A stretch of 55,282 nucleotides of DNA from an uncultured Verrucomicrobiota bacterium. GTDB lineage: Bacteria > Verrucomicrobiota > Kiritimatiellia > CAIQIC01 > JAGNIJ01. Where the stretch lies: contig CAZTYH010000003.1 in NCBI GenBank assembly GCA_964617565.1, forward strand, positions 13,666 through 68,947, read 5' to 3'. Shown in pieces: positions 47,294 through 55,282 of this stretch. Each line of letters begins with the position of its first letter. Positions within the stretch are counted from its first letter, which is position 1. The notes under the pieces were generated by a model. It ran no database searches, was not told the DNA's origin, and saw nothing but the letters and a program-made list of their open reading frames with translations. The position numbers and the translations under genes are program-made.

Positions 47294-47310
47294 AGCGCCA
47301 ATATGGCGCT
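47294..47310. promoter_or_regulatory. Palindrome AGCGCCA-ATA-TGGCGCT, a candidate enhancer-binding-protein site
   Basis: A perfect 7-bp inverted repeat about 115 bp upstream of the sigma54-type promoter, at the usual distance for an upstream activator sequence. Confidence 0.3.
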
Positions 47311-47418
47311 GTATTATTGTTGTAATGTTTATTAAAAGCGCATTAATGACACACTCTAATCGTTTAGAAAAAAGTGTAAGCAATTGAAATACAATATATA
47401 GCATAAGATTTGGCGTTT

Positions 47419-47434
47419 TGGCATGCCCATTGCT
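47419..47434 (+). promoter_or_regulatory. sigma54 (-24/-12) promoter candidate for the Hsp20 operon
   Basis: TGGCAT-GCCCA-TTGCT compares with the consensus TGGCAC-N5-TTGCW. The GG and GC dinucleotides are correctly spaced. It lies about 70 nt upstream of the first Hsp20 ATG. Confidence 0.55.
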
Positions 47435-47505
47435 GTATATGGTTTTGTGTATTGTGGAGGATATCCCTCCATGCAAAGACAAGACGATTATGGAAGGAGG
47501 AAAAT

Positions 47506-47940
47506 ATGTGGTGGTTGAACGACATAACAATGGGGTCGGATCCGTTCCGAGAGATGAGGCGGTTGCAGAGAGACATTAACCGGCTTTTCTCCGGCTACGA
47601 AACTGCCGGCGATGTTTTCCCGGCAGTAAATGTCTGGGCAAACAGGGAAAACGTTGTGGTTACGGCAGAGTTGCCGGGAATGGATGCGTCTTCCATAGAT
47701 ATCTCGGTCCAGGGAGACCAACTCTTGCTTCAAGGCGAGAAAAAGGCGGATGAGATGGCGGGTGATGTGGTTTGCCATCGAATTGAGCGTGGGTCCGGCA
47801 AATTCATGCGCACGTTCCGTCTGCCTTACGAGGTGGATAACGCGAAGGTGGACGCCAAGTATCGAAACGGCGTGTTAACCGTGACCCTGCCTCGCCAGGA
47901 AAGCAGCAAGCCGAAAAAGATCGCCATCAATGCGGGTTAA
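47506..47940 (+). CDS. Hsp20/alpha-crystallin small heat-shock protein 1
   Basis: Has VVTAELPGMDASSIDISV and GVLTVTLPR. A GGAAGGAGG Shine-Dalgarno precedes the ATG. Confidence 0.9.
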   Translation: MWWLNDITMGSDPFREMRRLQRDINRLFSGYETAGDVFPAVNVWANRENVVVTAELPGMDASSIDISVQGDQLLLQGEKKADEMAGDVVCHRIERGSGKFMRTFRLPYEVDNAKVDAKYRNGVLTVTLPRQESSKPKKIAINAG

Positions 47941-47956
47941 TCGGGAGGTGACGAAC

Positions 47957-48361
47957 ATGACACAGGAAACAAAAGCCATGAAGACGCAGAAGAAAGAAAA
48001 CACGGATGTCGAACTGACTCGTGATGAGCCGGTTTTCCTTCCCGCGACGGATATCTATGAAAAATCCGATGCGGTTTTGGTGATGTGTGACATGCCGGGT
48101 GTGGATGAAAAGAGCGTGGATGTAGGCCTTGAAAACGGTGTGCTTACCATCACGGGGCGCCAGGAGTCGGCGCCGATGGATGGGTATGAGTTGCTCCATC
48201 ATGGCTATCGCACAGGCATCTTTCGAAGGACATTCAATGTAACGGCGGATATAGATGCATCGAAGATAGACGCCAAGATTGCAAAAGGCGTTCTTCGACT
48301 GGTCTTGCCGAAGAGCGAGAAGGCTCGGCCGCGCAAGATTGCTGTCGTGTCCGGTGATTGA
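47957..48361 (+). CDS. Hsp20/alpha-crystallin small heat-shock protein 2
   Basis: Has VMCDMPGVDEKSVDVGL and GVLRLVLPK, with a GGGAGG Shine-Dalgarno. Confidence 0.9.
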   Translation: MTQETKAMKTQKKENTDVELTRDEPVFLPATDIYEKSDAVLVMCDMPGVDEKSVDVGLENGVLTITGRQESAPMDGYELLHHGYRTGIFRRTFNVTADIDASKIDAKIAKGVLRLVLPKSEKARPRKIAVVSGD

Positions 48362-48389
48362 AATCACGAAATGAAGGGAGGTGTCGTCT

Positions 48390-48902
48390 ATGAACAGAAG
48401 TCTGATTCCGTGGCGCAGAAAGGAGGGCCTTCCGGCCCGGAGTCGGGATGCAGACAATCCTTTCGAAGCGCTGCATCGGCAGATGAACGAACTCTTTGAG
48501 AGTTATTTTGAGGAATTTGATGTTCCTCGTCTGCCGGGGCTGTGGCGCGGCGGTGAAGGGCTAAGCACCCTGACACCGAGTTTCGAGGTGGCCGAGACGG
48601 ATGATGAGGTCAAGGTCACGGCGGAACTTCCGGGCATGGAGGAAAAGGATATCGAAGTGACGCTGGAAAACAACATTCTCACTGTGAAGGGTGAGAAGAA
48701 GGAAGAGAGGGAGGAGAAGAAAAAGGGCCGCTACTTCACAGAGCGCCGATACGGGCACTTCCAGCGGATGCTTTCCCTGCCTTCAAATGTGCAGGAGGAA
48801 AAGGTCAGGGCAAAATTCAAGAAAGGCGTTCTTTCGATCACGCTTCCGAAGTCGGAAGAAGCCCGCAAGAAGGGGCGGAAAATAGAAGTTGCGGTGGAAT
48901 AA
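48390..48902 (+). CDS. Hsp20/alpha-crystallin small heat-shock protein 3
   Basis: Has VTAELPGMEEKDIEVTL and GVLSITLPK, with a GGGAGG Shine-Dalgarno 8 nt upstream of ATG 48390. Confidence 0.9.
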   Translation: MNRSLIPWRRKEGLPARSRDADNPFEALHRQMNELFESYFEEFDVPRLPGLWRGGEGLSTLTPSFEVAETDDEVKVTAELPGMEEKDIEVTLENNILTVKGEKKEEREEKKKGRYFTERRYGHFQRMLSLPSNVQEEKVRAKFKKGVLSITLPKSEEARKKGRKIEVAVE

Positions 48903-48928
48903 TCTTGCCGACAGATGGGTCGTACGTG

Positions 48929-48956
48929 GCGCGGGGATCATCCCCCGCGCTTTTTT
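48929..48956 (+). terminator. Rho-independent terminator of the Hsp20 operon
   Basis: GCGCGGGG pairs with CCCCGCGC around a 6-nt loop, followed by T6. Confidence 0.85.
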
Positions 48957-49067
48957 ATGCTCGCAAAATGGGCGTTGATGGGCTGGCATGGACATCTGAC
49001 GTGAGGTAGGCTATGGCAAGTCGTTGAAATCGGCTTTACAGTAGGCGCCGGGTGGAGGGCAGATACC

Positions 49068-50027
49068 GTGATCCAGATCATCGGGTTCGATTTTACCAGC
49101 AAGACCATCACAGATGTCCATGTTGATTCTGTGCAGGAAGGCTTGAAGCAAGGAGCTTTCTGCTGGGTGGACATCATGCCGGAAGCCGGAGATGACGTGG
49201 CGCCCTTGCTGCAGAATCTCGGGGTGAATTCGGTGGCGATTTCCGAGACGCTGGGCGGTGACCAGGAAGGCCGATACGATATTTATGAAGATTGTCTGCA
49301 CTTTTCTTTCACAGAAGCCGCTTATCGCGGAGATCAGTTGCAGACCGGACACCTGGACGTTCTTTTCGGGGCTTCGTACCTAGTGACTTTTCATCGCAAG
49401 GAGTTGACGCTGATTCAACGAATGAAACGGACATACCGGGTAGACTTCATGAAGTTCAGCCGCACCCCGGGATTTCTGCTCTACGAGTTGGCCGATGGCC
49501 TTACCGATATTTACCGTAAGGCATTCCAATCCAGTTCCGCAGTCTCGGAGAAACTGCAGTTAAGCCTTTTCGATTCGGCCAGCGACGCGATTTTTCAAGA
49601 GGTGTCCGGCTTCATGGGCGGGTTGTTGGCCCTGCGCAAATACGTCATGGCGTCGCGCGAGGTTCTTCATGAGCTCGCTACGCGCCGGTCTCCTTTTATC
49701 AGCGATACCACGCAACCTTTTCTGCTTAATATGGCTGGCGCGTTGGACCGGTTGTCGAACGACCTCACGACCGAGCGCGATACGTTGAACGAGAACCTGA
49801 ATCTCTACATGGGGATGGTAGGCCATCGCACCAATAAGATCGTGAGCCGATTGACGCTGATCAGCATGATCTTCCTGCCGTTGACCTTCTTGTGCGGTGT
49901 ATATGGGATGAATTTTGTGGGGATCCCGGAACTGGAATGGAAGTACAGCTATCCTGTTTTCTGGCTGCTTGTATTGGTCATCTCCGGAATGTCCTTTTAT
50001 TTTATGAAGAAGCGAAAATGGGTATAG
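49068..50027 (+). CDS. corA: CorA-family magnesium/cobalt transporter
   Basis: The C-terminus has two transmembrane segments and the YGMNF (GMN) motif. GTG start. Confidence 0.85.
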   Translation: MIQIIGFDFTSKTITDVHVDSVQEGLKQGAFCWVDIMPEAGDDVAPLLQNLGVNSVAISETLGGDQEGRYDIYEDCLHFSFTEAAYRGDQLQTGHLDVLFGASYLVTFHRKELTLIQRMKRTYRVDFMKFSRTPGFLLYELADGLTDIYRKAFQSSSAVSEKLQLSLFDSASDAIFQEVSGFMGGLLALRKYVMASREVLHELATRRSPFISDTTQPFLLNMAGALDRLSNDLTTERDTLNENLNLYMGMVGHRTNKIVSRLTLISMIFLPLTFLCGVYGMNFVGIPELEWKYSYPVFWLLVLVISGMSFYFMKKRKWV

Positions 50028-50036
50028 GGGTGTTCG

Positions 50037-50825
50037 TCAAGGATTCAACAGCTCATCGACCAACAGAATTCGGCTCGGATTGGATGGATCATACAGGATG
50101 CCGACGGGGGCTCCGGATGTGCGCTTGTTTTCGGCCAGCGTCGCCTGATCGCCGTAGGCATAATAGTAAGTCGTGCGATCCGCAAAATCGTCTTGGAACG
50201 AAACCTGGACCTTGTATTGCATCTGTTTGTTCACCCGGACGTTGGTGGCGTCAACCGATTCAATTTTGCCTGAGCTGAATCGGCCGTACGAGAGAATCGC
50301 CCGCAATCGCCTGCGGCTCCGCAGGCTGAAAAACACCATGCCGAATCCCACAAGAGGAAAGATGACGACGAAAATCCCGCCCCAGCCGAAAGGAGAAAGC
50401 CGGCATCCCTTGATGCGCGCGACATCGGGATTGCCGGGCAGATACTCGACCATGACCCGCGCTTTTTCAGCGATCGCTCCGCCTCTCAGAAAGCAATGCC
50501 CGGGGCGGATTGCGCCCTCGTCGGTCGTGTAGGAAAATTCATAGCGGTAAACCCTGACCTCGTTTTCGCGCATATTGGTTTCGGCGCGAACCGTAACCGT
50601 TGCATCACTTGCAGTCTTTGCATGGATATTCAGGCGAAGCTCATCCGCGATGCGCCAGGGGAAGAAGATGAAAAGAAAGCTGCTGCCGAACAGGCCAAAA
50701 AACAGCCCGAAAATGATCAAGACCGCGGGTACGCGCTTCAGGGCTTTTTTCCGGATATTGGCAGGGATGGAGCGCGGCGGATTCTGGCGCAGGAAGTCGC
50801 GCAGCTCTTCGACGCTGATGTTCAT
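50037..50825 (-). CDS. Membrane protein with two DUF3592-like modules
   Basis: The pattern TM, beta-rich soluble segment, TM, beta-rich segment occurs twice. The family assignment is from memory only. Confidence 0.45.
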   Translation of the reverse strand: MNISVEELRDFLRQNPPRSIPANIRKKALKRVPAVLIIFGLFFGLFGSSFLFIFFPWRIADELRLNIHAKTASDATVTVRAETNMRENEVRVYRYEFSYTTDEGAIRPGHCFLRGGAIAEKARVMVEYLPGNPDVARIKGCRLSPFGWGGIFVVIFPLVGFGMVFFSLRSRRRLRAILSYGRFSSGKIESVDATNVRVNKQMQYKVQVSFQDDFADRTTYYYAYGDQATLAENKRTSGAPVGILYDPSNPSRILLVDELLNP

Positions 50826-50922
50826 GCGACATATTATAGCGTTTGCCCGAGGGTGGGAGTAGAACGAAACGCAAGGAAGAGGGCGTTTAATTTTATATCA
50901 GGATTGGTGTTATCTGTTCATT

Positions 50923-52944
50923 GTGAAGTGGTTTGGAAAATCATGTCTGGCGGTCACTCTGGCATGTGCATCGGCATGGGCTCAGGGCGTCGAGATTGAG
51001 GATCCCTCCAGTTGGCTGGTTTCTTCGCTTGAAGAATGGAATAAACTTCTGGGGCAAACGAACGGCTGGATCGGCGCCGACGGCATATTCACCATTCCTC
51101 TTTCCGGTGACGATCGGCTTGCAACGGCTCACAGCACCACCACGCTGGTTGTGTTCAGCGATACATTCGTAGGGCAGGTGGATTCAGGTAATCGAATTGT
51201 GGCTTGGCGGATGCCGCACAATACCGCAGCGGTGCTGGCAGGCGGAACACCGGATCGGGCGAAGCTGACCTATTACTGGGGAACCAATGCGGATGGATCC
51301 GCCAAGTCTCTGTTTGAGCCTTCCACTCCGAATGCAAAGGGCAATGAATGGTATTGGCTCCAGGACGGGATCGCGATCAGCGGGCGTGTTTTCCTGACCG
51401 CTGCACGCATAGCCGCGGTCGGAGAAGGATATTGGGGTTTTGCAGTAACGGGCGTTGCCATGCTGGTTTCCGCGCCCGGACAACCTTTGAATTTTGCGCA
51501 GTACACTCAAGTGGATGCTCCGTTGCTCTACGACCCGATTGATGGGCGCGGGCAGATTATCATAGGGGCGGGGATTCTTCCCAACACCGCCGAGGCCGGG
51601 GCGCCATTCCCGGACGGCTATATTTATTTTTACGGAACGCAAAACGATTTTTTGAACAAGAAACTGGTTGCAGCGCGGGTGTTGCCGCATCTCATTCAGG
51701 ATTTTTCAAGTTGGCGGTACTGGGATGGGGCGGGATGGAGTACGGAAATAGGGGATGCTGTTGTGCTTACCGATCGCGTCTCTTCGGAACTGAGCGTTAC
51801 GCCGTTGGCGGACGGCACGTATGCGCTTGTTTTTCAGGCGGACACCCTGGGATCGAATACCGCGGTGCGAATCGGCCAAAGCCCGGTGGGCCCTTTTGGT
51901 CCCTTGATCCCGATCTGGTCGGCGCCGGAGCGTTCGGATCCGGCGCTTGGCACCAATATCCTTACCTATAACGCCAAGGCGCACCCGCACCTGTCCGAGC
52001 CGGGAACTCTATATATAACGTACAACGTGGGCTCGACGAGTGGATCGGAGACGCTGGCGAATGCGGACGTTACCCGCCCGCGGTTCATCCGGGCGCAGAT
52101 TTCGGATATGCAGAAGCAGCAGGTCAATTGCGGAGGGGGCGCCGTGGGCGCATGGGGAAAGGACAGGAATTATTCGGGAAAGACAATAAAGTACTACGTC
52201 GGCCGAAAGATAAAAAACGCCGGGGTTGTGCCGCAGAAGGTGCTGCGGTGCATCCGTGGAGTCTTTGCCCCGAAAATCCTGAACTACAGCTTCGCGAATG
52301 TCCCACCGGGTCCTTGCATTATCCGGCTTTACTTTGCGGACATTTATTCGACGGCCAAGGGGATGGTGCGATTTCATGTGGATATCGAGGGCGTGCGAGT
52401 GTTGAGCAATTTCGATGTCTTCGCCGCGGCGGGAGGAAGGGATCGTGCGCTGATGCGAGAGTTCAGCGCGGAAGTGGATGAAAACGGCTTGCAGTTGAAA
52501 TTCACTCCGAAGAAGGGTGGAGCATTCATCAACGCAATCGAAATCATTTCCTCTATGCAGGCCACGGATTACAGCTTATCGCTCCGTGATTTCCCGATTC
52601 CGGAAGCCTGGACCAGCGGCAACTGGGATGAAAGTCATGGCGGGAAAAACGCGGTGGATGGCGATATCTCGACGGCGTGGATTGGGAACGCGGGAGCCAA
52701 AAGATGGTGGCTGTCGCTGGGGTATCCGCGCTCGATGTTTGCTTCCGATGTTCACATTCTGTTCGATGCGGACTCGGTTAAAAACACGGCGCTGCTCGCA
52801 AGCCGGGATGGATTTGAATGGTTTGACTTGGACGAAGCGCTGCCTGCCGGGCCGTGCGAACTTCAATATCTCTGGATCGAGTTCATGCCGGACGAAGAAA
52901 ATGCCGTACGCGTCCCGAGAGTGCTGGAAGTGGATGTCAAATAA
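50923..52944 (+). CDS. Secreted protein with a DUF4185-like putative glycoside-hydrolase propeller, a malectin domain and an F5/8-type-C (discoidin) domain
   Basis: A signal peptide is present. The malectin-like region reads VNCGG...RLYFADIY...GMVRFHVDIEGVRVL.NFDVFAAAGG...INAIEI. The discoidin-like region reads NAVDGDISTAWIG...WWLSLGY. The N-terminal family call is tentative. Confidence 0.65.
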   Translation: MKWFGKSCLAVTLACASAWAQGVEIEDPSSWLVSSLEEWNKLLGQTNGWIGADGIFTIPLSGDDRLATAHSTTTLVVFSDTFVGQVDSGNRIVAWRMPHNTAAVLAGGTPDRAKLTYYWGTNADGSAKSLFEPSTPNAKGNEWYWLQDGIAISGRVFLTAARIAAVGEGYWGFAVTGVAMLVSAPGQPLNFAQYTQVDAPLLYDPIDGRGQIIIGAGILPNTAEAGAPFPDGYIYFYGTQNDFLNKKLVAARVLPHLIQDFSSWRYWDGAGWSTEIGDAVVLTDRVSSELSVTPLADGTYALVFQADTLGSNTAVRIGQSPVGPFGPLIPIWSAPERSDPALGTNILTYNAKAHPHLSEPGTLYITYNVGSTSGSETLANADVTRPRFIRAQISDMQKQQVNCGGGAVGAWGKDRNYSGKTIKYYVGRKIKNAGVVPQKVLRCIRGVFAPKILNYSFANVPPGPCIIRLYFADIYSTAKGMVRFHVDIEGVRVLSNFDVFAAAGGRDRALMREFSAEVDENGLQLKFTPKKGGAFINAIEIISSMQATDYSLSLRDFPIPEAWTSGNWDESHGGKNAVDGDISTAWIGNAGAKRWWLSLGYPRSMFASDVHILFDADSVKNTALLASRDGFEWFDLDEALPAGPCELQYLWIEFMPDEENAVRVPRVLEVDVK

Positions 52945-53048
52945 TCGGCGTCCAGTCCGATTCCTCTCTTGATGCCGCCCTGCGATTGCTTTAAGCTTAA
53001 CAGCATAAGGACGTTACACGGGAACAGTTTTCTGCAAGGAGACCTTTG

Positions 53049-55208
53049 ATGAGACCGCCTCGATTACTGACCATAGTTGTATTGTGCACGGCGTGGACCT
53101 TTCAATGCTGGGGGCAGAAAATCTGGGACCGGCGGTTCGGCGGCACTTCGAACGACTATTGCCAGGTTGTACTGGAGACATCAGATGGCGGGTACATTGC
53201 CGCCGGATATTCAATGTCGAGCGTGTCGGGGAACAGAACGGAACCAACATGGGGCGTAAACGATTACTGGCTTGTTAAGGTGAATACAAACGGAGCGAAG
53301 CAGTGGGACAAGAGATTTGGCGGCAATGGCAGCGACTATGCCTATTCAATCCGGCAAACAGCCGATGGCGGTTACATTGTTGGCGGACAATCTACCACCG
53401 GCATTAACGGCGATAAAACGGAAAGTCATTGGGGGCAGGGCGACTATTGGATCGTGAAGGTCGCGAGTAACGGGGCGAAGCAGTGGGACAAGCGTTTTGG
53501 TGGAACTGATTCTGATGAGCTGAGAAGTGTTCTGCAAACGCCGGACGGCGGATATTTCCTTGCCGGGCACTCTCTCTCGGGATTGAACGGCGACAAGTCG
53601 GAATCGTCGCGAGGGAGCAACGACTTCTGGGTTGTAAAGACGACCACCAATGGCGTCAAGCAATGGGACAAGCGATATGGCGGCAGCGGCAATGAAGCGT
53701 TAAGAAGTGCGTGCCTGACTTCGGATGGGGGTTACCTCCTGGCTGGGTATTCCGACTCAGGGATTGGTGGCGACAAGTCGGAAGCGTCGCGTGGCAGCAA
53801 TGACTTCTGGATTGTGAAGATAAGTTCCACAGGTGTGAAGCAATGGGACAAACGATTTGGCGGTGGCGGCGACGACCGGCTCATGAGCATACGTCCGACA
53901 GCGGATGACGGCTATATTCTGGCAGGCACATCCGACTCGCCGATTGGAGGCGACAGGACGGACACACCTCGTGGTGGCCGGGACTTTTGGGTTGTCAAGG
54001 TTGACGCAGCCGGAAACAAGCAATGGGATAAAGCCTTTGGTGCAACGGGATGGGAGTGGGCCTACGATATCAGGCAGACAATAGACGGCGGTTATGTGGT
54101 CGGCGGCATGACCACGTCGGACCAGGAGGGTGATATAACGGAGCCGACGCGGGGCAATGTGGACTACTGGATCGTCAAAATGTCGGACAGTGGAGCGAAG
54201 CAATGGGATCGGCGATTCGGGGGAGCCAATTGGGATCAGTTTCTGAGTCTGGATCAATGCGTGGATGGCTCTTTCATTTTTGGCGGCTATTCCGAATCCG
54301 GTATCGGCGGAGATAAGACAGAGAATTCGTGGGGCTCGTTTAAAAACGATTACTGGCTGATAAAAATGGCCGATCCGACCTCTAGAATAAATGCCGGGGG
54401 CATCAAGCAGAGAATATGGATAAAAGATTTCGGCTTCGGGTCCGGCACGACCAAATATGCGGTCAACAGGACCATCAAGAATGTAGGCGCGATTCCTCAA
54501 AAAGTTATGCAAAGCATTCGCGGGGTATTTGCTCCGGCAGTGATGAATTACAGCTTCCCAGGCGTTCAGCCGGGACCCTGCAAGGTTCGCCTGCATTTTG
54601 CGGACATCTATGCCACCTCTAAAGGAATGATTCAATTCGACGTGCATATTGAAGGGGTGAGGGTTTTGAAAAGCTTTGATGTCTTTGCGGCCGCAGGAGG
54701 TCGGGACCGTGCCATTGTAAAAGAGTTCGACACGGTGGTGAATGGAAACGGGTTGCAGTTGAAGTTCACACCGAAGAAGGGCGGCGCTTTCGTAAATGCG
54801 ATTGAAATCACGCCCAGTATTGGTGCGATGGCCTACAGCTTGCAGTCAACCATGTCGCCGCCGCCGGAAGCCTGGACCAGCGGCAACTGGGATGAAAGTC
54901 ATGGCGGGAAAAACGCGGTGGATGGCGATATCTCGACGGCGTGGATTGGGAACGCGGGAGCCAAAAGATGGTGGCTGTCGCTGGGGTATCCGCGCTCGAT
55001 GTTTGCTTCCGATGTTCACATTCTGTTCGATGCGGACTCGGTTAAAAACACGGCGCTGCTCGCAAGCCGGGATGGATTTGAATGGTTTGACTTGGACGAA
55101 GCGCTATCGGGCGGGCCGTGCGAACTTCAGTATCTCTGGGTTGAGTTTTTGCCGGACGAGGAAGATGCCGTACGCGTCCCGAGAGTGCTGGAGATCAAGG
55201 TGGAGTAG
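53049..55208 (+). CDS. Secreted protein with a seven-repeat beta-propeller-like head, a malectin domain and an F5/8-type-C (discoidin) domain
   Basis: A signal peptide is present. Seven 60-aa repeats follow the pattern KQWDKRFGG..D....S..QT.DGGY..AG.S.S...GDK.E...G..D.W.VK....G. The malectin and discoidin modules are paralogous to those of the upstream gene. ATG 53049 has an AAGGAG Shine-Dalgarno. Confidence 0.8.
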   Translation: MRPPRLLTIVVLCTAWTFQCWGQKIWDRRFGGTSNDYCQVVLETSDGGYIAAGYSMSSVSGNRTEPTWGVNDYWLVKVNTNGAKQWDKRFGGNGSDYAYSIRQTADGGYIVGGQSTTGINGDKTESHWGQGDYWIVKVASNGAKQWDKRFGGTDSDELRSVLQTPDGGYFLAGHSLSGLNGDKSESSRGSNDFWVVKTTTNGVKQWDKRYGGSGNEALRSACLTSDGGYLLAGYSDSGIGGDKSEASRGSNDFWIVKISSTGVKQWDKRFGGGGDDRLMSIRPTADDGYILAGTSDSPIGGDRTDTPRGGRDFWVVKVDAAGNKQWDKAFGATGWEWAYDIRQTIDGGYVVGGMTTSDQEGDITEPTRGNVDYWIVKMSDSGAKQWDRRFGGANWDQFLSLDQCVDGSFIFGGYSESGIGGDKTENSWGSFKNDYWLIKMADPTSRINAGGIKQRIWIKDFGFGSGTTKYAVNRTIKNVGAIPQKVMQSIRGVFAPAVMNYSFPGVQPGPCKVRLHFADIYATSKGMIQFDVHIEGVRVLKSFDVFAAAGGRDRAIVKEFDTVVNGNGLQLKFTPKKGGAFVNAIEITPSIGAMAYSLQSTMSPPPEAWTSGNWDESHGGKNAVDGDISTAWIGNAGAKRWWLSLGYPRSMFASDVHILFDADSVKNTALLASRDGFEWFDLDEALSGGPCELQYLWVEFLPDEEDAVRVPRVLEIKVE
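53118..54383 (+). repeat. Seven tandem ~180-bp (60-aa) coding repeats
   Basis: Each unit opens with K(Q/I)WD(K/R)(R/A)(F/Y)G. I counted units 1 and 2 at exactly 60 aa each. Unit 7 has a small insertion, and units 3-6 are inferred from the regular spacing. Confidence 0.85.
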
Positions 55209-55282
55209 AAGAGCCGCCCGGGAAAAGTGGTCGTCCTTCTTGGACGCCGCTCGAAAGTACTACCAACGATAGCCGGTCCTTG

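Noticed and set aside
47249-47576. Short ORFs in the AT-rich region upstream of the Hsp20 genes.
   Set aside because: The AT-rich island carries promoter-like elements. The ORFs have no Shine-Dalgarno and implausible composition. The 47410 start of the first Hsp20 ORF is replaced by ATG 47506, which has a strong Shine-Dalgarno.
48957-49067. Mg2+ riboswitch (M-box) or a sigma54 promoter (TGGCAT at about 48996) upstream of corA.
   Set aside because: The leader is only ~110 nt, shorter than an M-box. The TGGCAT is not followed by TTGC at the required N5 spacing.
55260-55282. Possible 3' end of a minus-strand gene (...RTGYRW*), resembling the aromatic C-terminus of an outer-membrane protein.
   Set aside because: Only seven codons are in the window, which is far too little to support a call.

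Overview
This is a GC-rich bacterial chromosomal segment with about 50 protein-coding genes. By eye I found no rRNA, tRNA, CRISPR array, transposase or integrase. The gene content suggests a PVC-group organism (Verrucomicrobiota, Kiritimatiellota or Lentisphaerota). The pointers are a TIGR03790-like protein, many secreted proteins with thrombospondin-type-3 (TSP3) acidic repeats, a Pmp-like beta-helix, CreD and a CHASE2 cyclase. That placement is inference only.

Housekeeping genes include a partial DnaQ-like exonuclease, membrane pyrophosphatase hppA, tatD, a ROK kinase, a patatin-like lipase, rpsU, pyk, a beta carbonic anhydrase, cysE, corA and alsD. A nucleotide-sugar cluster on the minus strand runs ugd, a TIM-barrel gene, gmd, an rmd-like gene and a flippase-like gene.

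Accessory content worth a second look:
1. A 1686-aa secreted beta-helix/TSP3 protein has a low-GC C-terminal module. It is translationally coupled to a small secreted protein, followed by a decayed tandem paralog and a membrane protein. The layout resembles a polymorphic effector with its partner.
2. An attenuator-like pair of mutually exclusive hairpins sits upstream of that giant gene.
3. A type III PKS is translationally coupled to a UbiE/MenG-type methyltransferase.
4. Four secreted proteins share a roughly 70-aa module ending in RFY plus acidic TSP3 repeats.
5. An MlaE/MlaD operon has an MlaF-position protein in which every ATPase motif has degenerated, followed by a TPR lipoprotein.
6. 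A tightly packed operon encodes SH3b, an M48 protease, a CHASE2 adenylate cyclase, an MBL hydrolase and AlsD.
7. Three tandem Hsp20 genes lie behind a near-consensus sigma54 promoter in a 25% GC island.
8. Two tandem malectin/discoidin paralogs share a 242-bp, 100% identical tract.
9. A perfect 44-bp palindrome and a G-quadruplex motif lie in a 580-bp non-coding gap.

All functional calls come from motif recognition by eye. No searches were run.
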